The position numbers and the translations under genes were made by a program. Under the pieces are notes generated by a model. It ran no database searches, had not been told where the DNA came from, and saw only the letters and a list, made by a program, of their open reading frames with translations. 59,056 nt of DNA, from contig JAZDKE010000069.1 in assembly GCA_043803245.1 (NCBI GenBank), positions 1 to 59,056 on the forward strand, in the 5' to 3' direction. Positions 19,264 through 29,846 of the stretch are shown here, in pieces. Origin of the DNA: Chloroflexota bacterium. GTDB taxonomy: Bacteria > Chloroflexota > Dehalococcoidia > Dehalococcoidales > SURF-40. Every line of letters begins with the position of its first letter. The stretch's first letter is position 1.

Positions 19264-20265
19264 ATGGGCAAGAAAGACTTAGTTCCGCCCGGCCTGGCGT
19301 ACCTGGCGGACAACATTACCGCTAAACAAAACGTCCTGGGCGCCCCCAAGACCGAGGGTGCCCGCTGGGCCAAAGACCTGGGCCTGCCTAAAAAAGCGGC
19401 GACGGTTTTTTTTGCCGGTTGCGGCTACCAGTATTCGAACCAGCTTGAGTGCCTGATGTCCCTGGTGCGTCGTCTCGATAAGAGCCCCCTGGGTGTCGAG
19501 CTGCCGATGGGCCTCGCCAATTTCCAGAAGAAACTGGGGATTGACCTGGCGGCGGCCTACCGGACGGTATTTACCAGGGGCAAAGCCAGCGACGGCCAGC
19601 CCCTCCGGGACATGGTCAGCGTGCTTAAAAAACTCGACATCGAGTTCGGTTACCTGGCAGAAGATGAGCCTTGTTGCGGGGCGCCGCTCCATTTCATCGG
19701 TCTGGAAACCAGGTTCGCTCAGAACGCCCGTCAAGTCCAAAAGCAGTTCGAGGCTTTCGGCGTCGAGAAAATAATCAGCGCGGTGCCTTCCTGCACCTAC
19801 GCCCTGCGGACGCTGATACCCCGGCACACCGGCTCTAAAGTTCGGGTGGAGCACTTCGTTGAAACAGTGGCCAGCCGCCTGCCGGGACTGGACCTCAAGT
19901 TCCCCCAAAAGGTGAAGGTCACCTACCACGACCCCTGTCAGCTGGCCCGTTACCTGGAGCTTATCGAACCGCCCCGCCGGATACTTAAGGCCATCAAGAA
20001 CCTTGAGCTGGTGGAACCCGCGACCGCCGGCCAGTGGGCCACCTGCTGCGGGGGCGGCGGCGGTTTCGAAGCCGTCTTCCCCGAGTTTAGCCAGATACTG
20101 GCCCAGAACCGCGCCCGTGAGCTGGTCGAAACCGGGGCGGAAATCATCACCACCCACTGCCCCGGCTGCGTCATGCAGCTTGAGGAAGGCCTAAAACAAC
20201 TGAAAATTACAAATATAAAAGTGATGGAACTGGCCCAGGTGCTGGCGATGTCGCTGGAGGCGTGA
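19264..20265 (+). CDS. CCG-domain Fe-S protein (LutA/GlcF/HdrD-like)
   Basis: FFAGC, EPCCG, PSC, TYHDPCQL, CCGGGGG, CPGC. Confidence 0.88.
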   Translation: MGKKDLVPPGLAYLADNITAKQNVLGAPKTEGARWAKDLGLPKKAATVFFAGCGYQYSNQLECLMSLVRRLDKSPLGVELPMGLANFQKKLGIDLAAAYRTVFTRGKASDGQPLRDMVSVLKKLDIEFGYLAEDEPCCGAPLHFIGLETRFAQNARQVQKQFEAFGVEKIISAVPSCTYALRTLIPRHTGSKVRVEHFVETVASRLPGLDLKFPQKVKVTYHDPCQLARYLELIEPPRRILKAIKNLELVEPATAGQWATCCGGGGGFEAVFPEFSQILAQNRARELVETGAEIITTHCPGCVMQLEEGLKQLKITNIKVMELAQVLAMSLEA

Positions 20266-21497
20266 TTTTGTCGGTCTTTTCGGACTATAAAAAGAAGCTT
20301 ATGACTGCGGCCCACAACGACCGCATCCGTACCGCCCTTTCCCGGGCGATTTTAAGCTACCGCAAAAACACGAGCCAGGCGCTTGGCCGCTTCCCCCATA
20401 CCATCCCGCTGGCCGAGGAAGTCCGCGAGATTAAGGAACGGGCGATAGGCCGCATGGCGGAACTGGCGGCTCAGGCGAGCTGGGCCATCGAGGAAAACCA
20501 CGGTAAGGCCTATATTGCCAGGACCGCAAACGATGCCCTGGCCATCATCGGGCAAATCGTGGGCCGTAAAAAGCTCATCGTCAAGGGTAAAAGCATGACC
20601 AGTGAGGAAATCGGCCTGCGGCACTACCTGGAAGGACTCGATAACGAGGTCTATGAAACCGACCTCGGCGAATTTATCGTTCAGAAGCTGGACGAGCCGC
20701 CCATGCACATCCTTTCCCCGGCAATCCACGTCCCCAAGGAGGACGTTGCCCGGCTTTTCTCACGTATCACCGGCGAGGAACTGCCTCCCGATATCGAGAC
20801 CCTGGTAGCTACGGCGAGAAAGCTGCTCCGGGAAAAGTTCTTTGCCGCCGACATCGGCATTACCGGGGCAAACGTGGTCGCCGCCGACACCGGCACCCTC
20901 TTTCTCATCGAAAACGAGGGCAATATCCGGCTGGCGACAAGCGCCCCGCCGGTACACATCGCCCTGGTGGGCATGGAGAAGCTGGTGCCCACCCTGGGAG
21001 AAGCCTTCAAGGTGGCCGAGGTGACCTGGCGCTACGCCAACTATACCATGCCGTCATACGTTAGCCTGGTATCCGGCCCGAGCAAGACCGGCGACATCGA
21101 GAAGGTGACCACCTACGGCGCCCACGGGCCCCGGGAGTTCCACGTCGTTTTCCTCGATGGCGGGCGCACCGACCTGGCCCGGCACCCGGTGCTGCGCCAG
21201 GCGCTCTACTGCTTGCGGTGCGGCGGCTGTCTCTACGAATGTCCGGTATTCGCGGTCACCGCCGGCCATTTCGGCGATAAGTATTTCGCCGGCATCGGCG
21301 CTGTCTGGGCGTACGAAATCAGCCGCGACCCGGAAAAGGCCGCTGCCATCGCCTATACCTGTCTTGCCTGCGGCCGCTGTCGGGTGAGATGTCCCGTGCG
21401 AATTGATACGCCGGAAATAATGGTCGAGCTAAGGAAACTGATTGCCGAGGGCGACCAGGCTGAACTCCCAAGTGAACCGCCCGCCGGGACGCCGTAG
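20262..21497 (+). CDS. LutB/LldF-like LUD-domain Fe-S protein
   Basis: KGKSMTSEE, ETDLGE, ENEGN, GPSKTGDIE, GAHGP, CLRCGGCLYECP, CLACGRCRVRCP. Confidence 0.88.
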   Translation: MILSVFSDYKKKLMTAAHNDRIRTALSRAILSYRKNTSQALGRFPHTIPLAEEVREIKERAIGRMAELAAQASWAIEENHGKAYIARTANDALAIIGQIVGRKKLIVKGKSMTSEEIGLRHYLEGLDNEVYETDLGEFIVQKLDEPPMHILSPAIHVPKEDVARLFSRITGEELPPDIETLVATARKLLREKFFAADIGITGANVVAADTGTLFLIENEGNIRLATSAPPVHIALVGMEKLVPTLGEAFKVAEVTWRYANYTMPSYVSLVSGPSKTGDIEKVTTYGAHGPREFHVVFLDGGRTDLARHPVLRQALYCLRCGGCLYECPVFAVTAGHFGDKYFAGIGAVWAYEISRDPEKAAAIAYTCLACGRCRVRCPVRIDTPEIMVELRKLIAEGDQAELPSEPPAGTP

Positions 21498-21509
21498 CCG
21501 GTTAAAGAA

Positions 21510-22355
21510 ATGAGAGAGATAAGCGCTAGCCTGATTACCGGGACGGTGGCCCGGCTTTTCCAGGAGGCCAATTACCACTTGCCCGAAGACGTCCTCGATG
21601 CGCTGAAACGGGCGCAAAGCGCCGAAGAATCAGACCGGGGGAGAGAAGTCCTGGGCTGCATACTGGAAAACGCCGCCATCGCCGCCCGGGGCGAGCTGCC
21701 CCTCTGCCAGGACACCGGCGCCGCGGTGGTCTTCCTGGAAATCGGGCAGGAGGTTATTATTACCGGCCAGGACTTATACTCCGCGGTAAATGACGGCGTG
21801 CGGCAGGGCTACCAGGCGGGCTACCTCCGCAAATCAATGGTCTACCGGCCCTTTTCGGAGAGGCGTAATTCCCAGGACAACACCCCGGCGGTAATCCACA
21901 CCGAAATCGTGCCCGGTAACAGCCTTAAAATTTCGGTAATGCCCAAGGGCAGCGGCGCCGAAAACATGACGCGCCTGGCGATGCTCACCCCGGCCCAGGG
22001 ACGACAGGGTATCATTGATTTCGTGACGAGAAGCGTTGAGGAAGCTGATGGCTCGCCCTGCCCGCCGGTAATCATCGGCGTCGGTATCGGCGGCACCGCC
22101 GAGAAAGCCGCCCTGCTGGCCAAGAAAGCGCTTTTACGGAAAGTCGGCGAGGCAAACGCCGACCCCGAAATCGCCGGGCTGGAAAATGAAATACTGGAAC
22201 GTACAAATCGGCTCGGTATCGGGCCGATGGGCTACGGCGGCCGCATCACCGCCCTGGCGGTGCACGCCGAGGTCTTTCCCTGCCACATCGCCAGCCTGCC
22301 GGTGGTGGTAAATCTACAGTGCCACAGCGCCCGCCACCGTGCGGTGACCATTTAA
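21510..22355 (+). CDS. Class I fumarate hydratase / tartrate dehydratase alpha subunit
   Basis: PLCQDTG, DNTPAVIH, PKGSGAEN, PCPP, GIGG, HIASLPV, CHSARH. Confidence 0.92.
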   Translation: MREISASLITGTVARLFQEANYHLPEDVLDALKRAQSAEESDRGREVLGCILENAAIAARGELPLCQDTGAAVVFLEIGQEVIITGQDLYSAVNDGVRQGYQAGYLRKSMVYRPFSERRNSQDNTPAVIHTEIVPGNSLKISVMPKGSGAENMTRLAMLTPAQGRQGIIDFVTRSVEEADGSPCPPVIIGVGIGGTAEKAALLAKKALLRKVGEANADPEIAGLENEILERTNRLGIGPMGYGGRITALAVHAEVFPCHIASLPVVVNLQCHSARHRAVTI

Positions 22356-22418
22356 TCGTATTCCGGTGGCACACTACCTTTACCCTGACCACGGCACCGC
22401 GACCATTTTATATGAAAT

Positions 22419-22970
22419 ATGGCCAAGAAAGTTAAGTTACCGTTTAGCGAAGAGACTCTGGCCGGACTCAGGGCAGGCGATGACCTGCTGCTCAGCGGTG
22501 TACTTTACGCCGCGCGGGACGCCGCCCACCAGCGGATGGTGGCCGATTTGGAGCAGGGACGGCCGCTTCCCTTCGACATCCGGGGGCAGACCCTCTACTT
22601 TATGGGGCCCACCCCGGCAAGACCCGGCCAGGTCATCGGCAGCGCCGGGCCAACCACCAGCGGCCGGATGGACAGCTATTCACCCGCCTTAATCAGCGCC
22701 GGCCTCAAGGTTATGATTGGCAAGGGCAAACGCAGCCCAGCGGTCAAGGAAGCCATGAAGCGGCACCGGGCCATCTATCTGGGGGCAACCGGCGGCACCG
22801 GCGCACTCATCTCGCGGAGCATCCAGCACCGCGAAACAGTCGCCTACCCGGAACTCGGCGCCGAAGCGATACTACGTCTGGAAGTAAGCGACTTTCCGGT
22901 GACGGTGATTAACGATATCTACGGGGATGACCTCTACGAAACGGGTAAAGCCCGCTATCGCCTTCAGTAA
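22419..22970 (+). CDS. Class I fumarate hydratase beta subunit
   Basis: ARDAAHQR, GPTTSGRMD, MIGKG, ELGAEAI. Confidence 0.92.
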   Translation: MAKKVKLPFSEETLAGLRAGDDLLLSGVLYAARDAAHQRMVADLEQGRPLPFDIRGQTLYFMGPTPARPGQVIGSAGPTTSGRMDSYSPALISAGLKVMIGKGKRSPAVKEAMKRHRAIYLGATGGTGALISRSIQHRETVAYPELGAEAILRLEVSDFPVTVINDIYGDDLYETGKARYRLQ

Positions 22971-22988
22971 AACCGTAAGCATTAAAAA

Positions 22989-24533
22989 ATGAAAAAACGT
23001 TACGATTTCGTCATCGTGGGCAGCGGCATCGCCGGGCTCTACACCGCTCTCCTGTCCCGGGCGCTGGGCAGCGTCCTCATCATCACCAAAGGCCGCATCG
23101 ACGACTGCAACACCCGGTATGCCCAGGGCGGTATCGCCGCCGCCATCAGCCAGCAGGACTCGCCGGAGCTTCATTTCAAAGACACCATCGCGGCGGGTGA
23201 CGGCCTGTGCGACCCCGAAGCGGTGCGCATCCTGGTCAACGAAGCCCCGGACCGCATCAGCGAGTTGGTCAAACTCGGCGTGCCTTTTGACACCGTTCAC
23301 GGCCGGATTGCCCTGACCACCGAGGCCGCCCACAGCCTGCCGCGCATCCTGCACGCCGGCGGCGACGCCACCGGGGAACACATCGAGGTCACCCTGAGCC
23401 AGGAGGTGCATAAGGCGGATATCCCGGTGCTGGAAAACTGCCTGGCAACCGATATCCGGCTCGAACAGGGCCGCGTGGCGGCGGTAAATACTTTGAACGG
23501 CGAGAGCCGCACCGCCGCCGAGTTCGGCTGCCGCTACCTCATTCTGGCTACCGGCGGGGCGGGACAGCTCTATAAATTCACCACCAACTCCGAAATCGCC
23601 ACCGGCGATGGCGTCGCCCTGGCTTTCGAAGCCGGCGCCGAGATTACCGACACCGAGTTCTTCCAGTTCCACCCCACGGCGCTGATGCTGCCCGGGGTGC
23701 CTCCCTTCCTGATATCGGAAGCCGTCCGAGGTGAAGGCGGCATATTACGCAACGTCAATGGGAAACATTTTATGCCCGATTACACCCCTGAGGCCGACCT
23801 TGGGCCGCGCGACGTGGTCGCCCGCAGCATCGTTTACGAGATGAATAAAACCGGCACTGACCGGGTCTTCATTGATGCCAGCCACCTGCCCGCCAAGGTA
23901 ATCACCACCCGCTTCCCCCACATCTACCGCTTCTGCCTGGAACACGGCCTGGACATTACCCGCGACCAGATACCGGTTGCCCCGGCGGCCCATTACCTCA
24001 TGGGCGGCGTCAAGACCAACACCTGGGGAGAGACCAATATCGAGGGTCTTTTCGCCGCCGGTGAGACCGCCTGCACCGGCGTCCACGGGGCCAACCGGCT
24101 GGCTTCGAACTCGCTCATCGAAGTCATGGTCTTCGGCAAGAGAATCATCGAAAGAATCGCCCGGGGAATACCGTTCGCCGTTGGCGGCGTCCCGGATAAC
24201 CGGCTCGTCCGCCATCTGGACGGACGGCGCAATCTGCCACAGGTGCCACCGGCCAGCCGGGAAAGGCTGCAACAATTGCTCTGGGAAAAAGTGGGCATCA
24301 TCCGCGATAAAGGCGGCTTAGTCCAGGCGGCAGGCACGCTTTCCACCTGGCAACAGTCGCTGGGGCAAGCCCGGGACCGCACCTCCCTGGAACTGAAAAA
24401 CTTAGTCCTCTGTGGCCGGCTGGTTGCCGAGGCGGCGCTGGCCAGGGAAGAGAGCCGGGGGGCCCATTTCCGCGCCGACTTTCCCGAGAGCTCGCCCAAG
24501 TGGCAGCGCCACATCGTCCTGTCAAAAGAGTAG
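22989..24533 (+). CDS. nadB: L-aspartate oxidase
   Basis: GSGIAG, AQGGIAA, EAAHS.PRILHAGGDATG, QFHPT, ISEAVRGEG, GVHGANRLASNSL, ESRGAHFR. Confidence 0.95.
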   Translation: MKKRYDFVIVGSGIAGLYTALLSRALGSVLIITKGRIDDCNTRYAQGGIAAAISQQDSPELHFKDTIAAGDGLCDPEAVRILVNEAPDRISELVKLGVPFDTVHGRIALTTEAAHSLPRILHAGGDATGEHIEVTLSQEVHKADIPVLENCLATDIRLEQGRVAAVNTLNGESRTAAEFGCRYLILATGGAGQLYKFTTNSEIATGDGVALAFEAGAEITDTEFFQFHPTALMLPGVPPFLISEAVRGEGGILRNVNGKHFMPDYTPEADLGPRDVVARSIVYEMNKTGTDRVFIDASHLPAKVITTRFPHIYRFCLEHGLDITRDQIPVAPAAHYLMGGVKTNTWGETNIEGLFAAGETACTGVHGANRLASNSLIEVMVFGKRIIERIARGIPFAVGGVPDNRLVRHLDGRRNLPQVPPASRERLQQLLWEKVGIIRDKGGLVQAAGTLSTWQQSLGQARDRTSLELKNLVLCGRLVAEAALAREESRGAHFRADFPESSPKWQRHIVLSKE

Positions 24534-24634
24534 GCCCACCGGCACCTGAGGTCGGTGCGCATTAACGGAGGCATTGTCCCCAAACACATACCGCACTCCC
24601 CAAGTTTCTGATATCTCAGGGACGTAAATATGCC

Positions 24635-24663
24635 TTGCATTTAGAGCCAGTATGTGCTACGAT
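24635..24663 (+). promoter_or_regulatory. sigma70 promoter of the nusA-infB operon
   Basis: TTGCAT-N17-TACGAT with TGn extended -10. Confidence 0.6.
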
Positions 24664-24689
24664 ATAGGACACAACTTGATTTTGCTCGT

Positions 24690-24720
24690 AAAAGTGGGAC
24701 TTAAAACCCACTTTTTTATT
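24690..24720 (+). promoter_or_regulatory. rimP-leader-like attenuator hairpin upstream of nusA
   Basis: AAAAGTGGG-ACTTAAAA-CCCACTTTTTT in the 5' leader; resembles the GUGGG...CCCAC-U-tract leader known in front of rimP-nusA-infB operons. Confidence 0.7.
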
Positions 24721-24754
24721 GCCCGCGAAATATCGAGGGAGGTTTTCATCAGGG

Positions 24755-26260
24755 ATGAAAAGCGATTTTCTCATCGCTATCACTCAGCTCTCGGCTGAGA
24801 AAAACCTGTCGAAAGAAGTGGTCCTGGAGGCGGTAGAGTCGGCACTGGTCTCAGCCTACCGCAAGGACAATTTTGTTCCCAACCAGAATATTAAGGTCAA
24901 GATTAATCCCAAGACCGGCGCGGTAACCGTCTGGGCGGATAAAGAGGTGGTGGAAAAACCGACCGATACGCGCCAGCAGATTCCCCTGGCCGAAGCCAGC
25001 CGTATCCAGCCCGACGCCAAGCTGGGCGACTTCGTAATGGTGGAAGCCACGCCGAGCAACGCCGGCCGCATTGCCGCCCAGACCGCCAAGCAGGTTATAC
25101 TGCAGCGCCTCCACGAAGCGGAGCACAGCGCCATCTTCGAGGAATACGCCGATAAAGAAGGCGATATTTTAATCGGCATCGTCCAGCGCATCGAGCCGAA
25201 GCAGCTTCTGGTTGAACTGGGCCGGGCCGAAGCCATCCTGCCCTCGAACGAGCAGATGTCCAACGAGAGGTACCGCGTAGGCCAGAGGCTCAGGGTCTAT
25301 CTGCTGGAAGTCGCCCGTACCCCCAGAGGGCCCCGGGTAATTTTATCGCGTTCCCATCCCAACCTGCTGCGTCGGCTTTTCGAGCTCGAGGTACCTGAGG
25401 TCTATAACGGCCTGGTGGAAATTAAGTCCATTGCCCGCGAGGCCGGTCACCGCAGCAAAATTGCGGTGGCGGCGCGCCAGGAAGGGGTTGACCCGGTAGG
25501 CTGCTGCGTCGGACTGCGCGGCATTAGAATACAGAATATCGTGAACGAACTGAGCGGGGAAAAGATTGACGTGGTGCAGTGGCACGCCGACCCCAAGGTC
25601 TTCATTTCCCACGCTCTCAGCCCCGCCCAGGTACTGAGAGTCGAGCTTAACGAGGCCGAGCAGATTGCCAGCGTCATCGTGCCCGACCGCCAGCTTTCCC
25701 TGGCCATCGGCCGCGAAGGACAAAACGTGCGGCTGGCAGCCAAACTCACCGGCTGGCGGATTGACATCAAGAACACCTCGGATGTGGAAGCCGCCCGGGT
25801 TGGTAAACCAGCCGAAGAAGCGCCGGGAGTGGTCTCCGAAGAACTAGCGGCCAAAACACCGCCGGTTGAAACCAAGCCTGCCGCAGCGAAAGAGATTGAA
25901 GAGATAGTCGCGGGACCAGCGCCGGAGATAATACCGGAAGTAGCCCCGGTGCTCGAAGAGAAAGAAGTAGAGACTGCCGAAGAAGAAGAAGAAGAAGAAG
26001 AAGAAGAAGAAGAAATAGCTGAGCCGGTGCCGACCACCGCGCTCAGGCCGCCGGTGCACCTCGAACCGGAGAGACCCGCCGGCCAGCCGGTGATGCGCTT
26101 CGCCGAGGATATCCTGGAACTGCGCCGACGGGCACCTTCAAAGAGCCGTAAGAAAAAGAAAGGTACCAGCGCTAAGAAAGAAGAAGGCATCAAGGCCAAG
26201 AAGAAACGCCAGGGGCAGTCTATTGTTCCAGGTGAAGATGAAACCAGTAGAAGATATTAA
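24755..26260 (+). CDS. nusA: Transcription termination/antitermination factor NusA with long acidic/basic tail
   Basis: GRIAAQTAKQVI, S1 and KH domains, SLAIGREGQNVRLAAKLTGWRIDI. Confidence 0.97.
   Translation: MKSDFLIAITQLSAEKNLSKEVVLEAVESALVSAYRKDNFVPNQNIKVKINPKTGAVTVWADKEVVEKPTDTRQQIPLAEASRIQPDAKLGDFVMVEATPSNAGRIAAQTAKQVILQRLHEAEHSAIFEEYADKEGDILIGIVQRIEPKQLLVELGRAEAILPSNEQMSNERYRVGQRLRVYLLEVARTPRGPRVILSRSHPNLLRRLFELEVPEVYNGLVEIKSIAREAGHRSKIAVAARQEGVDPVGCCVGLRGIRIQNIVNELSGEKIDVVQWHADPKVFISHALSPAQVLRVELNEAEQIASVIVPDRQLSLAIGREGQNVRLAAKLTGWRIDIKNTSDVEAARVGKPAEEAPGVVSEELAAKTPPVETKPAAAKEIEEIVAGPAPEIIPEVAPVLEEKEVETAEEEEEEEEEEEEIAEPVPTTALRPPVHLEPERPAGQPVMRFAEDILELRRRAPSKSRKKKKGTSAKKEEGIKAKKKRQGQSIVPGEDETSRRY
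25979..26014 (+). repeat. Perfect (GAA)12 microsatellite encoding Glu12 in the NusA tail
   Basis: 36 nt of uninterrupted GAA. Confidence 0.95.
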
Positions 26261-26519
26261 GCGTCACATTCCCCAGCGCACCTGCATCGCCTGCAAGCGG
26301 GTGATGCCCAAGCGTGAGTTGAACCGGCTGGTGCGCACGACCAGCGGGGCCATTCAGCCCGACCCGGGAGGCCGGCTTGCGGGACGCGGCGCTTACTTAT
26401 GCTCCGGGTGTTTGAAAGAGGGCATCAAACCAAAACAGCTGGAACACACCTTAAAGACCACCATCACCGAAAATGATGTCGCGCGGCTGGCACAGTCCTT
26501 CACCAGGATGGGCCAGTAA
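26238..26519 (+). CDS. ylxR: YlxR/RnpM family (DUF448) RNA-binding protein
   Basis: HIPQRTCIAC...KRELNRLVR...GRGAYLC. Confidence 0.9.
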   Translation: MKPVEDIKRHIPQRTCIACKRVMPKRELNRLVRTTSGAIQPDPGGRLAGRGAYLCSGCLKEGIKPKQLEHTLKTTITENDVARLAQSFTRMGQ

Positions 26520-26531
26520 GAGGAGCAGACT

Positions 26532-28325
26532 TTGGCAAGAGCAGACGGAACCGGCATCGAGAAAACGGTGGAAGCCGCCGCGGCTCCCGCCCGACCGGTG
26601 CTGCAACTCCCCAAGACCTTAAACGTTAGAGAGCTGTCGGATCTCCTGCATACCAGCCCGATAGCCGTCATCAAGCAGCTCATGCGCAGTGGCGTTATGG
26701 CCAATATCAACCACGTGCTCGATTACAAGGTGGCCGCCAGCATCGCGGCCAGTTTCGGCTACGAGGTCAAGCTCAAACCTGAGCCAAAGAAGCCGGCCAG
26801 GAAAGCCAGAACGCCTGAAGAGACCACGGAGAGGCTCCAGCCGCGGCCGCCGGTGGTGACCATCATGGGCCACGTTGACCACGGCAAGACCAGGCTCCTG
26901 GACGCCATCCGCAAGACCAACGTGATGGAAACCGAAGCCGGCGGTATCACCCAGCACATCGGCGCCTATCAGGTCGAGGTCGAAGGCCGGAAGATTACCT
27001 TTCTGGACACGCCGGGGCACGAAGCTTTCACCGCGATGCGGGCCCGCGGCGCTCAGGTGACCGACATCACCGTCCTGGTGGTCGCCGCCGACGACGGCAT
27101 CATGCCGCAGACCCTGGAGGCCATTGACCATGCCCGGGCTGCCGGCGTACCGATTGTGGTCGCCATCAACAAGATTGATAAGGATAACGCCAACCCCGAC
27201 CGGGTCAAACAGCAACTGGCTGACGCCGGTCTGGTTGTCGAAGAATGGGGCGGCGACGTCATCGCGGTACCGACCTCTGCCAAAGAGCGGCGGGGCATCG
27301 AGGAACTGCTGGAGAATATTTTACTGGTATCCGAAATGGAAACCCTCAGCGCCAACGCCTCGCAACCAGGCAGCGGCACCGTCATTGAAGCCTCGATGGA
27401 CAAGACCAGGGGTCCGATGGCCACCGTGCTGGTGCAGCAAGGCACGCTGCGGCTTGGCGACACGGTTGTGGTCGGCTCAAGCTGGGGCAGGATAAAAGCA
27501 ATGTTCAACTACCTGGGGAAACACCTCAGGAAAGCCGAGCCCTCGACCCCGGCCCAGATTCTCGGCCTGGACACGGTGCCCCAGGTAGGAGACGCTCTGG
27601 TGACGGTGGCCAACGAGCACAAAGCCCGGGCCTTAATCGAAAAACGCCGGATGGAAACGCAGGCTGCCGCCAGGGCTACCCGGTTGAGCAACCTCTACGA
27701 ACAGATAAGCACCGGCCGGGTCAAAGAACTCAATATCATCCTCAAGGTTGACGTTCAGGGCAGCATCGAACCGATAAAAATTTCTTTAGAGCAGCTGGTC
27801 AGCGATGAAGTCAAGGTCAGGGTCATCCACAGTGCGACCGGCAACGTTACCGAAAGTGACGTTATGCTGGCGATAGCCTCCAGGGGTCTCATCATCGGCT
27901 TCAACACCGGCACGGAGCCCGGTGCCCGCCGCCTGGCCGACGTCGAGTCGATTGACATCCAGCACTTCAACATAATTTACGACCTGGTGGACAACGTGGC
28001 CAAAGCCCTCAAAGGTATGCTCGAACCCGTTCTGGTCGAAGTCGTCGAAGGCCTCGCCGAAGTGAGAAACGTCTTCAGCGTAGGTAAGAAGGGTAAGGTG
28101 GCCGGCGTCTCCGTCAAAGAAGGCAAGGTGACCAGGGGCGCCAGGGTCCGGGTAAGACGCGGCAAAGCGACCGTGGCGGACTCGGTCGTTAACAGCTTAA
28201 AACGCTTCAAAGAAGACGCTTCCGAAGTGGCCAGCGGCTATGAGTGCGGCGTGGGACTGGAGGGCTTCAACGCATTCGAGGTGGGCGACTTGCTGGAATT
28301 CTACCGGATAGACACCAAAAGGTAG
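26532..28325 (+). CDS. infB: Translation initiation factor IF-2 (short N-terminus)
   Basis: [48 protein letters not shown]. Confidence 0.97.
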   Translation: MARADGTGIEKTVEAAAAPARPVLQLPKTLNVRELSDLLHTSPIAVIKQLMRSGVMANINHVLDYKVAASIAASFGYEVKLKPEPKKPARKARTPEETTERLQPRPPVVTIMGHVDHGKTRLLDAIRKTNVMETEAGGITQHIGAYQVEVEGRKITFLDTPGHEAFTAMRARGAQVTDITVLVVAADDGIMPQTLEAIDHARAAGVPIVVAINKIDKDNANPDRVKQQLADAGLVVEEWGGDVIAVPTSAKERRGIEELLENILLVSEMETLSANASQPGSGTVIEASMDKTRGPMATVLVQQGTLRLGDTVVVGSSWGRIKAMFNYLGKHLRKAEPSTPAQILGLDTVPQVGDALVTVANEHKARALIEKRRMETQAAARATRLSNLYEQISTGRVKELNIILKVDVQGSIEPIKISLEQLVSDEVKVRVIHSATGNVTESDVMLAIASRGLIIGFNTGTEPGARRLADVESIDIQHFNIIYDLVDNVAKALKGMLEPVLVEVVEGLAEVRNVFSVGKKGKVAGVSVKEGKVTRGARVRVRRGKATVADSVVNSLKRFKEDASEVASGYECGVGLEGFNAFEVGDLLEFYRIDTKR

Positions 28326-28342
28326 CCTCCCAGGAGCTTTCC

Positions 28343-28714
28343 ATGACACATCGCATCGAGCGGGTGAACCAGTTAATACGACGAGAACTTTCAGAATTGC
28401 TCTGCCGCTACGTCAAGGACCCCAGGCTGGGCAATTTTATCACGGTAACCGAAGTCTCCGTCTCCAGAGACCTGCGCTTAGCCAAAGTATTCATCAGCTT
28501 TCTGGGCAGCGAAGAAGAAAAGCAGGTGGCGCTCAAAACGCTGAAAGCAGCTTCCGGTTACTTTCATGCCGAGCTCTCCCGGCGTCTGAAAATGAGACGC
28601 GTCCCGGAAATCAGCTTCCAATGGGACGACTCCATCGAGCGGGGCAGCCGCATCCTGGGCATCATTGACAAAATAGACCGCGAAAGCGGCGCCGATAATA
28701 CTTCCCAGGCATAG
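28343..28714 (+). CDS. rbfA: Ribosome-binding factor A
   Basis: MTHRIERVNQLIRRELS...DPRL...VSRDLRLAKVF...RRVPEISF. Confidence 0.95.
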   Translation: MTHRIERVNQLIRRELSELLCRYVKDPRLGNFITVTEVSVSRDLRLAKVFISFLGSEEEKQVALKTLKAASGYFHAELSRRLKMRRVPEISFQWDDSIERGSRILGIIDKIDRESGADNTSQA

Positions 28715-28715
28715 G

Positions 28716-29615
28716 GTGTTGAACGGCATCCTGAATATCAACAAAGCTCCCGGCATGACTTCTTACCAGGTCGTGGCCGCAGTTAAGCGCCTCAGCGGTG
28801 AGCGCAAAGCGGGGCACGCCGGCACCCTGGACCCCACCGCCCGCGGCGTCCTGCCGGTGTGCCTGGGCAAGGCCACCCGCACCATGGAGTACTTCCTGGA
28901 CACCAGCAAGACTTACCTCGCGGAAATCGAACTGGGGGTCACCACCGACAGCTACGACTCGAGCGGCCAGGTTACCGGCCGCCGGGACACCCGGGGCATA
29001 AGCCAATCACAGGTGACCACCGCCCTTAGTACTTTTCTGGGTCTTATCCAGCAGACACCGCCGATGTTCAGCGCCCTAAAGCACCACGGGACACCGCTTT
29101 ACCGGCTGGCCCGGGCCGGCGTAACCGTCGAGAGGCCACCCCGCCCGGCCCAAATCTACCGCATCGAACTAAAGAGCTTCGAACCCCCGATAGCCACGAT
29201 AGAAGTCGAATGCGGCCGGGGCACCTACATCCGCTCACTGGCCCACGACCTGGGAGAAGCACTGGGCTGCGGCGGGACTCTCAGAAGCTTGGTCAGGTTG
29301 CAGTACGGCCCTTTCGGGATTAGCGATGCCGTCACCATCCCCATGCTCGAAGACGCCTTTCGGAGCGGCCACGCTGAGGACTACCTTTACCCGGTCGAGT
29401 TCGTGCTGTCCCATCTCCCGGCAGTAACCGCGAACCACGAACTCGTCAGTCTCTTGAAACACGGCCATCATCTCGATGTCATGGCCTTAAGCCAACCGCC
29501 GGCCGGCGAACCCAAACTGCGGGTCTACACGCCTAGTGGACAATTCCTGGGCATCTGGCGGCTTGACCCCGCAAGCAACCGCTACCGGGCGGAGAAAGTC
29601 CTGTCCCCGGACTAA
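28716..29615 (+). CDS. truB: tRNA pseudouridine(55) synthase
   Basis: INKAPGMTS, GHAGTLDP, QTPPMFSALK, GTYIRSLAHDLG. Confidence 0.96.
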   Translation: MLNGILNINKAPGMTSYQVVAAVKRLSGERKAGHAGTLDPTARGVLPVCLGKATRTMEYFLDTSKTYLAEIELGVTTDSYDSSGQVTGRRDTRGISQSQVTTALSTFLGLIQQTPPMFSALKHHGTPLYRLARAGVTVERPPRPAQIYRIELKSFEPPIATIEVECGRGTYIRSLAHDLGEALGCGGTLRSLVRLQYGPFGISDAVTIPMLEDAFRSGHAEDYLYPVEFVLSHLPAVTANHELVSLLKHGHHLDVMALSQPPAGEPKLRVYTPSGQFLGIWRLDPASNRYRAEKVLSPD

Positions 29616-29636
29616 AGTAGCCGTCATATGGCGTCC

Positions 29637-29666
29637 TTGACAAATCGGCGATAATTGGCGTATAGT
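29637..29666 (+). promoter_or_regulatory. sigma70 promoter upstream of ino1
   Basis: TTGACA-N18-TATAGT. Confidence 0.6.
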
Positions 29667-29846
29667 CAACGCTAGCTCACGAGGGAGCTTTACCAAGACA
29701 TATTATGCTTGTTTACATTCGATTAAACCTTTCAGTTTCGACTTCTTTATTGGCGCTGATGCTGCCGGGTCAGGGTAATTAAATCTGGGGTCATGGCAAG
29801 CGGTTCGCTCTTTGTCTCATGATAAATGGTTAAGGGAGGTCAAACC

